64,000 nt of DNA from Adineta vaga. Taxonomy: Eukaryota > Animalia > Rotifera. Below the pieces are notes generated by a model that was not told where the DNA came from, ran no database searches, and was given only the letters and a program-made list of their open reading frames with translations. A program made the position numbers and the translations under genes. This document shows positions 39,180 through 55,545 of the stretch, one piece after another (positions within the stretch are counted from its first letter, which is position 1; the number at the start of each line of letters is the position of its first letter). The stretch is taken from positions 1,612,001 to 1,676,000 of the forward strand of contig CP075496.1 of NCBI GenBank assembly GCA_021613535.1, given 5' to 3'.

Positions 39180-40192
39180 AATGAAGAAGACGAAGACGAA
39201 GAATTCTGTATTAAAAAAAAACACGAAGTTTATTTTTTCTTTCTTTGATTGTTTCCTATTTGTATTTATATTATCTGTTGAGTGTATGTTAATGAATGAA
39301 ATAATATCTTATTGGAGAAAAACATGACTTTTTTATTTGGAAGAAAATGTAAATTCTTTCGATGAGAATTATTTCTATCTTAATTCAGTTCGATAGTTAT
39401 TCATTATTGAATAATCGAGTAGTTTCCGACAGAATTGCTTTGATTAAGAAAGGAAGTATTGGTAAGTGCAAGACTTTTCCAATTATGGAAAATATAAAGG
39501 TTCTCTGGTAGATAGAAAAACTACATAACATCGCTAATTCTATGTGAATATTGATCACATTTGTCAACATTCTCATCTCATGTGAAGATTATCATCTGCA
39601 GATATATGAGAATATTTTTTAGAGCGAAATTTTGCTTGCGCCATCTATTGAAAGATAATTTCATATTTTGATGGATAATCGATAATGATTTTGGAAAAAA
39701 AAGACAATCGTAATTGAAAATAAAATGAAAATTTCATGCAGATTCTTATACTGGTTTGAAATATCTACCATTGAGAATGTAATCAATCGGTGTACATGCA
39801 TGCTGAGTTTATACATACAAGCAGACGAACGAATATGTGATTTGATTGTCAAGCAAACAGATTTGTTATTTAGTATGACTCATTAGTTATCTTTCTGTGT
39901 ACGATAAAAGAATTCGTAGTTTTCTATCTTTAATAAACAATTGTTGAAATCAATCTATCGATAATTTGATTAACTTAGTCGCGAAAATCAATACAATTAG
40001 ATTTCTATTCGTTGTTCTTTACCTAGTGTCTTTCTCATTTAGTTCAGATTTTCGACTGAGTGGATTAAAGATGCAAAAAGATTAGACGATTGTTAATTCA
40101 TTATATAGATAAAACGTGTCTATGCATTTATTTTCATCGAATATTGACTTGTTTTTTTTAGAATTATATGTAAATAAAATCATTCCTCAACA

Positions 40193-41974
<1,782 letters not shown>

Positions 41975-43374
41975 GATTCTCCTTTTTCTTTTCTGTACCT
42001 TTTAACCAATTTGAACAGTGGAAGCTTTTTTGATTTACCATCTAAAATTTGCTTTTTTTCTAAAAGAAAACAAATCTTTCATGTTCCTTTTTAAACTTTT
42101 TGCAAATTTTCTTTCTAATTTTTCATTTACTCTAGTTTCTCTCATCTGCTATGTATATGTTCATTGTATCGAAAGCTATAAGCAGTTTAAATAAACAGAA
42201 AACTCATTAGATTTTTAATAATTCATCGATTAAATATATATAGAACTGATTAGTAAACCAATATTCTTCCTTCTCATTAACACAGAACGTGATAAATTAG
42301 CATCATTGGGAATTAATTGACATTATTATAATCTATCGAAGTACATATGATATCAATCTAATCAGCAAATAAGATTCAATCGTAAAAAACATAACTCAAA
42401 GATCATATCATAGACATAACAAGACACCAAACAAAACAAATACCGGTCTCGTTCTATATCTATGCCCATAGAGATAATTCATTAAATACGATGAAATATT
42501 TATTAATCTATTGACAGACATTAGTTATCAACGATAATATACATCGTAAATCACTTGAGAGGTATGACTATTTGATCATCAAACATTCAATATAAGATCG
42601 AAAATTGTGCTGAAACAATTGTTGAATGACATTGCTCGACAAAATTCATGAATGAAAAAGAAAGAAAACTAGAATAATTTTCATCGAATGTTTTTCTGTT
42701 ATGTATATATACATATACAAAGACGCCTTCATAGCGTTTATACGTTTTTCTCTTAGCTCTCTTTGATACATACAAAGAAAGAATAAATCGTCGTATGAAA
42801 GACATACAAAACGAATAGATAGAAGAGAAACAAAAGTATACAGATACTCACATACATATATATTAGAAGTTCAATCATGTCATCACACAAGAAGAAGAAG
42901 AAGAAGAAATCCAACAACGAAACAAGAACATGTTGACTTTCAATGTCAAAATAGATATAATAAGTATGTACAAAGAAAGAAAGAAACAAAAAAAGCAAAG
43001 AGAATATTCATATTAAGTTGGCATATGTTTTTCCAGTTGAAATCAAGACGAAAAACGAGCAAGAAAAAGAAAACAAGAGAAAAATAAACGAAAAGAAAAG
43101 AAAAAAGAAGAAAAAAACGAAACTGTTCGATGAAAATAAAATCAAATGAAACGAAAAGAACAGAAGAAGCACGGAATGGTCTTGACTCTTTCTCTTTCAT
43201 TTTTTTTTATCAGACCTACAAAATACAATGAAAAATACACGTACATAGAGATGATTGGATTCTTTTTCTACACAACGATTGATCACCGGTGCATTGAAAA
43301 CAAGCTTATTGCATAAGCATCATATCTCCTGATGAGATTTTCTTCTTATCAATAAGTATACAAACATAATTTCA

Positions 43375-46041
43375 CTATCGTTCTTTAATTCTTCGTGTTG
43401 GTGTTGAAGATACATTTGTTATTGATGTTGATATGGGTAATTTCGAAGTCGAACATATCTCTCGTAAAGTATTTCCATGATCAAGTAGATTAACAAGTAA
43501 TGTGGAGATTTGAGTTAATTGTTCACAAAAATAACGATGCCGTTGAATATTACTCTAAAATAAAGATGAAAAATGTTTTGTTTGTCAAAATCAAGGAAGG
43601 AATGTATGTTATGTACTTCAAGTAAATCTCCGATTGTATTACGTATGGAGTGATCATTGATATTAAGTTGATCTAATAATTGACTTATATCGGTTAAATT
43701 ATTTTGTGTTGTTTGTTCATCATTTGTCTAGAATAAAAGAAGATTTCAATAGATAATTGTGTTTTTTTTCTCTTTGCATTCTATTTAATTACCAAATCTG
43801 TTAGGTATGTAGCTAATCGATCGATACGCCATGATGCCCATGGTTGTGTTAATTTTTTTCGTATTGTTTCTAAACTTCTCACAGGTACAGTTCGTTTTGG
43901 ATCTTAGAAAAACGAAATATTCAAACACGATTTCTTTCAATAGAAGAAATAATTACTCGTTCGAATAATATCCGAATATTTTTCATAATGATTTATTTTC
44001 GGTTTCCAGGAAAATCTTGACAGAAGTGTATTCATTGGTTGTGAACGAGATTTGGTTGCAATCCATCGAATACCTGTTCGTTTATCAACATAGAAGAAAT
44101 CTAAATAAGCAAAAATGAGACATTTTTCTTGACAAATTTTCATCAAACCTTGTGATAATCGTCGAAGTAATTCATCATTGATAACTTCCGTTGATGAATC
44201 ATCGACACGTATTGTTTCTTGTTTAATATTATTATAATTGATTAATTTTGTTTCGTCGGAATTTTTTCTTTGGACACGTTTTTTTCGCATATGATTACTT
44301 GAAAGTATTGCTGCTGCAGCTAATTCTGCTGATGAACGTTTTTTTGAAATAATGATACCTGATGTATCAATAGCGATGGATGAAGGTAGAGCCGGAGGAG
44401 GATTAGGTGTTGTATTCTCGATGGAAATTTTTGATGAAGATTTATGTCGAGATTTGCGAAGTTTTTTTCCTGATGATGACGACGAGGAAGAATCAAACTG
44501 TTCGTAATGAGCAATTTTAGTAGGTGGTTCGGATAGAGATACTTGTTCACTAGGAAAAAAAAGAAAAACCCATTCGTGAAAATATTGATTAATTGAAGAA
44601 GGAAAATTGAGTTTACTCTTCGGGTAATTTATGTTTTTTAGTTGTTGTTGGTAATACGGATGAAATTTGTTGAGTTGAAGGTTGTAGAGGAAGACGAGTA
44701 CGATTTTTAATAGAAGTTTTATTATGATGAACTAAAAAAGAAAGAATTATAAGAAATCTATTGTTTTATTTTTAATTACTATTTCTCATTAGAGTTGAAT
44801 CATTTAGTTTATCATCTGTTTGTATATCACGAATAGTTGTTGTCGTTATTGAATGATTATTATTATTATTATGATCCATTGAACGTTGTGTTGTTGCTAT
44901 TCGAACTGATGATGGTGTAGGATAGAAATTCGATAATTGTACTGAATTAATCGAATCTGAATTTGATGTTTGTGGTAATAAAGACATATGAATGACTGTT
45001 TGATGACCAGAATCTATGAAAAGATATTTGATAGAATAGAAAAAGAAAGAAAAATGATATTTTACCCGAAGTTTTCGTAGTTAAAAGTGGATTTTCTGTT
45101 GATGTTGGTGATGATAAATTTGAATGTTCATTTGAAGATATGAGATGAACGGGTCTTGAAAGCATCTTTGCTGAAACTGTAAGTTGATGAAAAGAAGAGA
45201 AAAACAAAAGGTGTGTAATTTCAATAAAAATGTTATTTACGAATTTTTGTTGTAGATTGTTGTGGCCAAATATTTGAAGTGGAATTTTGTTGAATAACTA
45301 ATTTCGGTGTGACAGAATTTGATGATGAAGAAGAATTAGTTACTAATGGTTGAACAAGTGTGACACGACTTTTCGATAGAAATGATGTTTTTGTGGAATT
45401 TTTTCCATCCGAATTATTATTCGAAAGATCATTTGTGGAAGAGATTAATGTTTGAATTTTAGGTGAAGTTGTTCCAGGTGGAATTAGAGTCACCAGTGAT
45501 GATGAACTTCCTGATGAATTGGTTTGTTGTGAATTAAGAATATAAGTTTTTGATGCTGAATATCCTCCATTTGTTGTTGGTGTAGAAGTTTTATCAAGAA
45601 ATTGAAATTGTAATGCTGTTGGTGGAGAGGATTTACCTGTAGTTGGTGCAACTAAACGAATGGATGATGGTGTTGAAGATGTCGATGAATGTCGAAGAGA
45701 TGATCCAAGATTTTTATTTGAACTATCAGGATGTGTTTCAGCTAAGAAATCAAGACAAAGAAGGTTTTACTTTGCATTATTCAAATGAAATAACATACGA
45801 AGAGATAGTTTTTTAACAATAGATACTGGATTTGCCATACTGGACATTGATATTGTTGGTAAAAGTGGTTTTGGATGCTGAAAAATCAATGAAATCAACT
45901 AAATTCTTTTCGAAAATGAACTAAAAAAGATGAACAAACCAGTTTTAAACCGGAATAAATCAGTGTAGTCGGTAATGAAGTTGAACACTCTGTTTCGTTC
46001 GATAATTGTTGTTGTTGATCGTTTAAGACATCACTCTGCAT
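43375..46041 (-). CDS. SAP130: Sin3A-associated protein 130-like, multi-exon
   Basis: Long S/T/P-rich N-terminus. C-terminal blocks YVDKRTGIRWI..WKPKINHYEKYSDI, WRIDRLATYL and DLLESNIQR..CEQL..LLDH align with the SAP130 C-terminal domain. Confidence 0.75.
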
Positions 46042-47860
46042 TGATAATCGATGTGAACATACGCGTACTGTCATAAACAACAGTGAAACTAAAAATTATT
46101 ATTCAAATAAATCATTATTTATCCGAAGAAAAAAATTTATCAAATAAATATATATATAAAGAGAGAAAAAGCAGCAACAACCTACCCCAGGAGTACGACG
46201 ACGACGTCTTTTAGCTACATATGCGAAGAAAGCGAGGAGATTTTTTTTTCATTCTCCTTCTTTGCGTTTTTTTTCTTCTTCTTCTTCTTCTATCCCGTTT
46301 TGCCGATCTATCAAAAGGTTCGGTGTTCGACTCTCGTTCTTTTTTTCCTTCTTTCTTTGCTTTACATTCGAGCTCGGCACACCAGTAACGGCGGTAGCTA
46401 TCGTCTACATATATACACACTAATGACAATCTCGGGCATCATGCGTTTGTGTGTTGAGACATGCCTGACCTACATGAAATTGCAAGTTGATTGGCTGAAA
46501 GGAACGATGTAGGAAGAAAAAGATTTGACAACGTACGAAGAAAAAAAAGAAACGGAACACAATAAAAAAATATTACATCGATATGATTGTATTCTCTTTT
46601 GATGAGATATAACATTGATATTCATTCATTCATTCATTCATTAAGGTAAAAATATGAGAGCATGAATTGCTTCTGTGATCAGTTTATTAATATAAATTTG
46701 ATGATTTAGCAAACGAAGGAAAGAGAAAAGAAAAACGAATGAAATCTTGTTTAAGAGTTTTTTTTTGGTCAAACAATTCGATATTCAACGAAGAGAGGAT
46801 AAAAATAAGTACAATCTTTTTTCTTCTTATCGTCTTTACGAACACTTGCTTTTATCCTGTTCGACGTTATTCACTCGAAACTAAACAGATATGACAAGAA
46901 ATATCTACATATACAAAAGAAAAACAAAGAATAAAAATGATGAAATAAATTTAGTTGATCATTAATTTTTAAATGAATATTTCAAAGAAAAGAGTTAAAA
47001 ACAAATCAGCTCTATTTTCATAATCGAAAATGATTTGGTTAAAAAGCAATAATTGATACTTACGAATGATAAGAACAAGACAAGGATATCGTCCTATTGA
47101 TTCAATAATACCAATAACATCAAGAAAATTTTTTTCATATAAATCTAAATTATGCTTTTATTTCTTCGTTTAAATATAGTAACTAGATGTTAGACAGCTT
47201 TCTAGCGTGTATATAATAACCTTACGGATGTAAATAGTATAACAAACAAAACAACAATTTACTTACGTCATGAAAAAAATATTCCTATTGGTTATTGACA
47301 AAGTGCATTTAAATAATGCATCAATGCAGTTACGAAATTAAATTTATCAAGCGACATCAGTTTTACGATATCTCAATCGAATAATGATGAATTTTATTGT
47401 TGAAATAGAAAAATAGAGAGAGAAAAGAAAACCTTTATTCTTTTTCAAGGTAACAACACCAGAAATATTTTGATCGATAAATTATTTCCCTTGGGTCTCA
47501 CATTCACATCGTTGATCAAACATTCATCAGCTAATCTTCGCTTAAATTTTCTCTTTGAAAAACAAAAAAACGAGAAATTCAAAGTTTTTATTAATGATAA
47601 CAACCAGGAAAGATAAAGAATGATAGAGATTCTTCAAATAGAAACTCTAGATACGTAAATTTATAATTGAATATGTCAAAGCACGTTCAATATTCGTCAA
47701 CGTAAGGTTTACTCATTCTAATTGAGAAATACTAAAACTATCAGTGATATAACAGAATATTCTAATTAACATATGAATAAATGTTTGAGTCGATATGAAA
47801 AGAGAGCCATCTGTTCATTGTCAGATTTATTTATAAAAAAGAAGAAAGAGAAAAGAATCC

Positions 47861-48707
47861 CTATTTGAGAAGTTTTAAACTCATTTTATCATTAAAACCT
47901 AAAGTATGAAGAGTTTTTTCGAAATTTTCAAGTGATACTGTTGAATGAGGTTGATCTTTTGTAAATTCTCCAACAACTTTCTCGGCAATAATCATTGCTT
48001 CATCATCACTAATTTTACCAACCTAAACGAACAAAATTTCTCTATTAGAAAAAGGAAATCATTAAAATTTTACCATCATTTTCAAAATTTCTCGGACATC
48101 TTCTGTTGATAAACGTCCATCATGATCTACATCATACATCTGAAGAAAATTTTAATGATAAAATAAATGAGTTTCTATGTTTATATCATACTCGAAATAT
48201 AAACTTGATCTTTCGTGTTCTTCCATTATCATTTGGACAATATCTGATAGATTCCAGATCAGTTTTATTTGTTGATGTTATTGTCTGAGCTGATGATCGA
48301 CGTCGTTGATTACGACTGTTTCTTTCTCGTTGAGCAAATGTACTCATAAAATCAACAAACTGACCAAATGTTAATTTACCACCTGAACCGAAATCTTCGA
48401 AAATAACTTTAATTAATCGTGGAGCAATAGGATTTGCACTGAATTTTGGTACACGTCCTAAATCATCGGCATCTAAATATCCTTTATATCCTTTAGCATC
48501 GCCGCGACCATCACGATCAAGCTCGTAAAAACGAGTCCAAAGAGAACAAATTTGTCGTTTGGAAAGACCTAAAAAATTGAGAAGAAGAAAAAAAAAGATC
48601 AAAATCATTCAACGTCAAAATTTTCCTTCTATTCTATGTCACTTACCTGTATTAAAAGTAATTTCATCGACATCAATTGTGTCAGGAACTGATGCTGTTG
48701 CTCCCAT
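47861..48707 (-). CDS. Calcineurin B homologous protein (CHP)-like EF-hand protein, multi-exon
   Basis: Myristoylation-type start MGATAS; TGLSKRQICSLWTRFYELD, NPIAPRLI, RKIKFIFRMYDVDHDGRLSTEDV, MMVG, DKMSLK. Confidence 0.85.
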
Positions 48708-50869
48708 CCGGTTTTTTTATATACCAGATAAACTCACGCACGCGTTTAGATGAAACTAGATCTTTTTGATTTAACTTTTTTTATATGATGAGATGTGTTA
48801 GAACAGGAAAAAGTATCTTTTCTTTCTTCTTCTTCTTCGTTTAAATGTTAAAACATAGTCTGAAAAAAGAAATGAAACCTAGTATTGTTGATTTTCGCTT
48901 TGAAATCATACGAAACGATTTGTTTAGTCATTCTTGTCATTACTGATTTGATTTATGAAGTATGTATCGATGTGTAAAGAAAACGAGAAGGAGAAGAAAT
49001 CAGGTTGCTTTTCTTGTAAAAGAAATAAGTAATTTACGAGCGAAGAGAGAGAGAGAGAAAAAAGAAAAGAACAGTAATGAAAGCATATTCCCATGGTTAG
49101 AATTATAATAATAAAAAAAAAGGGGGAAAAGAAAATACATACCATTTTAGATTTGACTACAAAACAAAGAAATTTAAGTAAAGAGAAGATAGACATGTCC
49201 GTCAAATTGACATATCTCTCTTGAGAAGTACGACAATGTTATTATTCTTTCTTGATTATATCCACAAGGAAAAATTTGTCTGTTGAATGTACGCATGACG
49301 AAGGAAGTAGCAAAGAAAATGATGGCTTTTCTCTCTCGTTTTTATCTTTCTCTAAATATATGTGTATGTGAATTAAGGGAATACAAGAGATAGAAGCAAA
49401 GCCCAGATGACAATCCATTGAACGTCGAATATAAATGCTGTTTCTTCTCTTTTCTGCTTTTCTTTAACTGAACACATGAGCATAGGGAGAAAGAGAAGAA
49501 GAAACTAATGCAATAATAAAGAAAAATGAGTAGTTACACGTTGTCATGTAGCCTAATCGCAGTTACTAGTTGCCCACACACATACACACAACATCAGAAA
49601 AGATGAAGGATGTATGTAATCAATCGTATAATGACCCATAATGATTAAGCGTTGTGGATGAAGAAAAAGAAGAAAAAAAAACAAGCGACATACATTATCA
49701 GCTGCCATAATCATAATAAAAAAAAGTACCGAAATATTTGTCAGCACTGCACTTTGACAATCTTGTATTCGACTTTGTCATTTCCAAGGCTTATTGACTG
49801 GAAAAAGGATAACCAGTGATATTTTTGTCCGTTCTCTATGAATTTATTGTATATACACCGGATATTATCGAATGCAGATTAAGATCATATTTCCAATACA
49901 GATGTTGCAAGTTAGTCATTGAGGTAATCAGAAAATTTTGCTATGTTTCTATTTGCATATGAAATCAAATTTCAGGAATTATCATCAACTTTCATGGCTG
50001 AAAAAAGTCAGAAATTATATTTCATCAATACCAAACTCATCAATCATAAAATAAGCAACAATGAAATATTATCACGGACATTTTTTTGACTTAGTCATAT
50101 GATTGGATACACCGTCAGAATGGAATCTTTACAAAGAAATTTGCTTCTATCTATCATTAGATAATACAATGATTGAATTCCATATTGAATTCTTTCATCA
50201 TATTCATAATTTTAGCATTTTTCTCAAAAATATATCAGACAAGTTTTGCAGTTGGTCATTGACAATCTGAGTATCTTTTATTCTCTTTTCTATTTATAAC
50301 TTCGATCAAAATTAGTCAATGACAAGTTTATCAACAATAACTAAGTATTGGTTTTCAATTTTATTCAACATTATGACTAATACGAGAAGGTATTTATTTG
50401 AATTGGAAGATTCTTTCTTGACAAAATCAAATCTCTCTCTAATATTATTGCCATTTGTTACTGATAGAAGAAATAATATTTTCTTTTATTTCTTTTCTTC
50501 TTAAAACACACGTATAGAAAAAAACACAAATAATTTCAAAGAAAAAGAGAAATGAGTAATTCATCCACCTTTTCAAACTCCACTACCTACTAAACATTTT
50601 TAATGTTGATAAAAAAGCGTCATAAAGTATACGTCATTCAATCATATATAAAACGAATGTTTTCATGTTGGAATATTTTGTTAAAGAATTACTTCCCTGG
50701 AAATTCGATGTAAATTCTGCAATAAAAAAACGAATTTATGCTTAGTATATAAGAAAAATCTCCATTATTCATAAACCTATACATTACAAGTATATTTCTC
50801 TCTCTTTTTTCATTCTGACACACACTCTTGAACAACAATCCACATCAGAACATTTCTTCCTTTCCTGTC

Positions 50870-53800
50870 ATGCATTCGAACTGTAAGTTTCTTTTTTTTC
50901 TTTTGACGTCTTTACTTTTCTTAATCTCTACTGTTGTTCATTTCAGATAAATCTGTCCCTAAAACTATTCCCAATGAACATCATTGTTGTCTTTTTCCAC
51001 AATTTAATAATAAGATTCTTTCAGTTAATTTATCTCTAACCGATGAATTCAATATTGAAGAAAATGAAACGAAACAACGACGTCAAGTTGAAGCATTTAT
51101 CTTTGCTAAATTAGAAGAATATTCACGAGAAAAATCGACGACATTACTTCATCTAACTTCATTTTCTCGTATACGACGTCGTTTAAAACGTGATTTAAAG
51201 CATTTCGCCAAACAATCTCAAACATCTTTTCTATCCGAACAAAAACTTTCTCAATGGCTTGACGAAACATTGAAAAGAATCAACTCTCATCTTCCATATT
51301 TTTCTTCTCTTGTACATTCTTCTAATCGTTTACAGGAATTATTTTCCTCGAATGAAATAGTTAACAACCAATGGGAACAATTACAAATCAAACGAGCAAA
51401 AGAAATGTTTTCAAATACCGATGAAGATCTTCTCGAAAATTATCGAAAATGTATTATCGAAAAACTAACACCGAGAAGATTAGAAAAAAATCAACTTCCA
51501 TTGAAGAATCGAGATCCTATTGATTTAGATAATGAATATCAAAAAGCAGAAAAAGATGGACGAGAATATTTAAAAAAACTCTTTCAGGATTATCAAATTC
51601 GTCAATATCCAAATTTAATTTTATTAAAAGAAATGATTCAACTTGGAATGAATCAGATGCTTAAAAGACCAAAAACTGATGATTTACAAAAAGCATCATC
51701 ATCGTCGAATATTCTTCTTAAAGCAATGTTTATTATCAAAAGTAAAAATGCATATTCAATGAGTTTAAGAAATATTGCTGATGATTTTATGGTAAGAAAG
51801 AGAAATTTCATATGATCTTTCAAAGATAACTTAGATTGTTTTTAATTTAGTTTCTTCGTTTTGGTCATTCAATTAATAATAAAACTAATCAAACAGATTC
51901 AATTAATCAAAGATTTACCTCATTAATTCATATGTTTTTGAATACAATATCAATTCTTCTTCATTCAGTTCAATCAGATTCATCTGAAAGCATTCTAACA
52001 TCATTTGCTCAATTTGATTCAAATTTACCTTCAGAAAATATTCTTTCGCCATTGATTTATATTGATCAATGGACATGGTTAATTGAAAAATGGAAAATAG
52101 CTTTACAAACATTTCCAATTCATTTAACCAAAGCCGGAGCATTCGGTCGACTTGTTCGAACGACAATTGGAGTTGGTATCGCTCGGCTTTATGGATTCGC
52201 AGAAAATAATGATAATGAAGATTTAGATCGAAAATTTTTTCAAGCTTTACAAATGGGTTTCTATTATGGAGTTGCTTATGCACTTGTAGATGGATTCCAA
52301 GATAGTCAAAAGGAACAGAAACAATTTGGTGATGTTGATCAATGGTTAATCCTCATGGAACGAATCCTATGTGGACACGAATTTGATCCATTATCTCTTC
52401 CACAATTACCATTAACATCACTTTTGCTTGAAACATTTCATAGTCTTGTACAATTAACATCAGCAAATGAAATTGTGGAAAAAACATTCATTGATCTTGC
52501 TTTACTTCTTCGTTCTCAACGATGCGATAAAAAGGATACAGAACGAATCTATAACAATGATATTGATCTTTATCTAGGTTCATTACTGAAATCACATTTT
52601 ACCTATACAGCAACGGCTTTTATGGGTGGAGCATGTATGGTTAAAGACTATCAACGTTTGTGGACAATGCCATTTCTTGGACAATTAACAGATGATTGTC
52701 GTGATTTTAATGAAGATCGTCGAGATAATTCTATTACACCTGTGACTTATTATGCTCAACATGATGATTCAACAAGATTAAATCCATTTTTTGTATTTCT
52801 ATTTGTTTGTGAAGATTTATATATACAAAGTCAACGAGATAGTAGTACAGGTGCATTTTTAGGACGTCGAATTATTCGAACATTACGATCTTTACAAAAT
52901 GATTTGAATGATTTTTTAAGTATCTTTACTTCCCATACATATCCAGATTTATATCAATATACTCTATCCTTAATAAAACTCTTTGATCGTGTTAGTGATC
53001 CGGAGAAAAGCGTCTTTCGTTCTGTCAATACATTTGCCATTGAATATTCCTTCAATCATCGTATCGTTGAAACCTTTGCTTTTGATCATTTATCTTTAAT
53101 CGAAAAACAATTAACACATATAACGGATACCAATGATCCAATGATTCATGGAATGAATCATAGTCTCAAAGCTGGTGGTAAACGTCTTCGACCCTTACTT
53201 CTTCTTATGGTTGCACAAATTTATCACATTGACATTCAACGTGTTCTACCACTTGCAATAGCAATCGAATATCTTCATACAAGTAGTTTAATCTTTGATG
53301 ATTTGCCTGCTCAAGATAATGCACCATTACGACGAGGTCAACCAACACTTCATATGCCCATTGCAGGTGACACCAATGATATTCCACGATCGTTAACAGA
53401 AGGACGCGCTCAACTAGTCGCAGTTGATTTAATTGCTCATGCTATTCGATTGGTAACTGTTGATCTTCGTGCCGAAGGCTTTACATATGAAAGTATAAAT
53501 CAGGTAACAGCGGAATTATCTCAATCAATGGATGAACTTTGTCATGGACAATTTCTTGATTTACAAGCAGCAAAATTGAAAAAGAAAGTTTTGACAATTG
53601 AAGAACTTGATTGTATTGCTGAATTGAAAACTGGAAAAGCGATTGAAATTGTTCTCATTTGTCCAGTTATTCTTGCACAGGAAGATCCATCGGTACGCAA
53701 TCAAACTATAGAACGTCTTCGTGAACTTGGTAAATTGATGGGAATTTTATTTCAAATGAAAGATGATCTTTTGGATGTCGAAGGAAATGTTGAAGAACTT

Positions 53801-53986
53801 GGAAAATTAACAAATATTGATCAACAAAATGAAACGATTACCTATGTGAGTTTATTAGGTAAAGAAAAGACTAGACAACGTATTGCAAATAAAAGAAAAG
53901 AAGCAGAAACGATTTTGAAAGAAATGTGGCCACAGGCAGGAACAATTCGTGATGTTATTAGACATATTTGTGAACGAAAGAAGTAA
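50870..53986 (+). CDS. Large (~997 aa) polyprenyl synthetase-family protein with tandem isoprenoid-synthase folds, bacterial type, 3 exons
   Basis: Exons 50870-50882, 50947-51791, 51851-53986. The C-terminal domain has GGKRLRP, FARM SLIFDDLPAQDNAPLRRG, GQFLDL, KT and SARM FQMKDDLLD. A second degenerate fold upstream has LVDGFQDS and GQLTDDCRDFNED..TPVTYY. Confidence 0.88.
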
Positions 53987-54069
53987 TCTGTCAGATAATT
54001 TTGTTTTCTATTTTTTTTAATTTATCAATAAAAAATATGTCGAAGAATAACAGTTATTTGTTGATTAAT

Positions 54070-54420
54070 AATATATCGCCTGAAACGTTCAGCAACAGAC
54101 ACAGCAGCAGATCGAATTTTATCACGTAATTGTTGTTCTGCTATTATGAATTGTCTGATTTGATGCTTTTCTTTTAATTCATTAATACCAACAGCATACG
54201 CTCGTACAGCCTATTGTGTCCAATTTGGTTCATCTAATGGACCCGTTCCTGTTAGATTTATGATCAAACCAGGATAATCTTTGTAGCATTTACATAGAGG
54301 TACATCTATGTATAGGATCTAGATAACGTAAAGTTGCTGTACAAATTTTATAACCGTCTGCAGTAGGTTCCAAAGTTGGCCGGTCAAGTGAAAGCCACCG
54401 AAGAGTTTAGCATGAATGTG
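54070..54420 (-). pseudogene. Degraded coding fragment, unidentified
   Basis: Coding-like frames LRWLSLDRPTLEPTADGYKICTATLRYLDP and TGTGPLDEPNWTQ*AVRAYAVGINELKEKHQIRQFIIAEQQLRDKIRSAAV, interrupted by a stop and a frameshift. Confidence 0.35.
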
Positions 54421-55545
54421 TGTTGTGAAGAAACTGATGTTAATTAGAAGAGTTATACTAATTTGTAAGAACGTAACCATATTTTAAATAAAATATAAGA
54501 TACAAACATCAAATTGAAATAGTAAATGTGGATGATCTCTCGAATAGGATGAGGTTATCGATTTGAGGAAAAGTACTCCTCTTCCATCAGTCTACGTTTA
54601 TATAATTCAACAATTATATTGACAAAATGGAATTGTTAATAAAAAAATTTACTTTAAATAATGTGTTCAAGTATATTCAATAGATGTTTAATCCGTCTAT
54701 ATTCTTACTTTGAATTACACCAACTTAACTCTTTACAATGATATTCTTCTATTTATATATTAGCACATCTGTACAGGTAAATACCTCAGCTAGTAGATCA
54801 AAACAAAAGCCGTATACATTTGGATAGTAAAGTCATACAAAAGCATTTTTTATCATGGAAGATAATATCAAAGTCGGTGATTTTGAGACAATTATGACAA
54901 GTATAATATGGATAAAATATCATTACTACTAATAGGGTTACCAACTCTTCTAGATTTTCATATTTCTTGTTAAATGAATTATATCTGATTCATTTTGATT
55001 CGAGTCCCATTACGAATTCGATTAAACTCTTCGTTACCCTGCACAGAAGCATATGAACGTTCTTTTTTAATCAAAATCAGAACTATTAAAATTTGTTCTT
55101 TGAAACCAAAAATATTCTTTTCAAAGACAACGTATTCATCAAGATTGAAATTAAAATTCAATTGATATGCTCCACTCTATCATATGGTAGAAAATTGAAC
55201 CGAGGTATTTGAACTTTTCTGATAGATTCAAATTAGATTGAATATCTATCCGTCAAGAAGATGTACAAAACTCAAGTTTGATCTTACGATGACTAATTTA
55301 AGCAAATCAGAATCTCAAACAACGTAGAATTGTAATGATCTATTGAATAACTAATGAAATAGAATGATTTTCTAATACAATGGAATTTTCTACATGAATA
55401 GAGAAGTTTAAACGTCAACATTGTATTTTAAATTGAATAAGATCATGTCTATAAATCAAACTATTAAAACATTCTGAACGATTGATACGGTAAAATTTAT
55501 CTGATCAGATTTTTTTCAACAGAAAATATTGAATGATCTGTATTT

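Noticed and set aside
42587-43200. Hydrophobic ORFs resembling membrane proteins
   Set aside because: T-rich 3' UTR region of the SAP130-like gene producing Phe/Leu runs.
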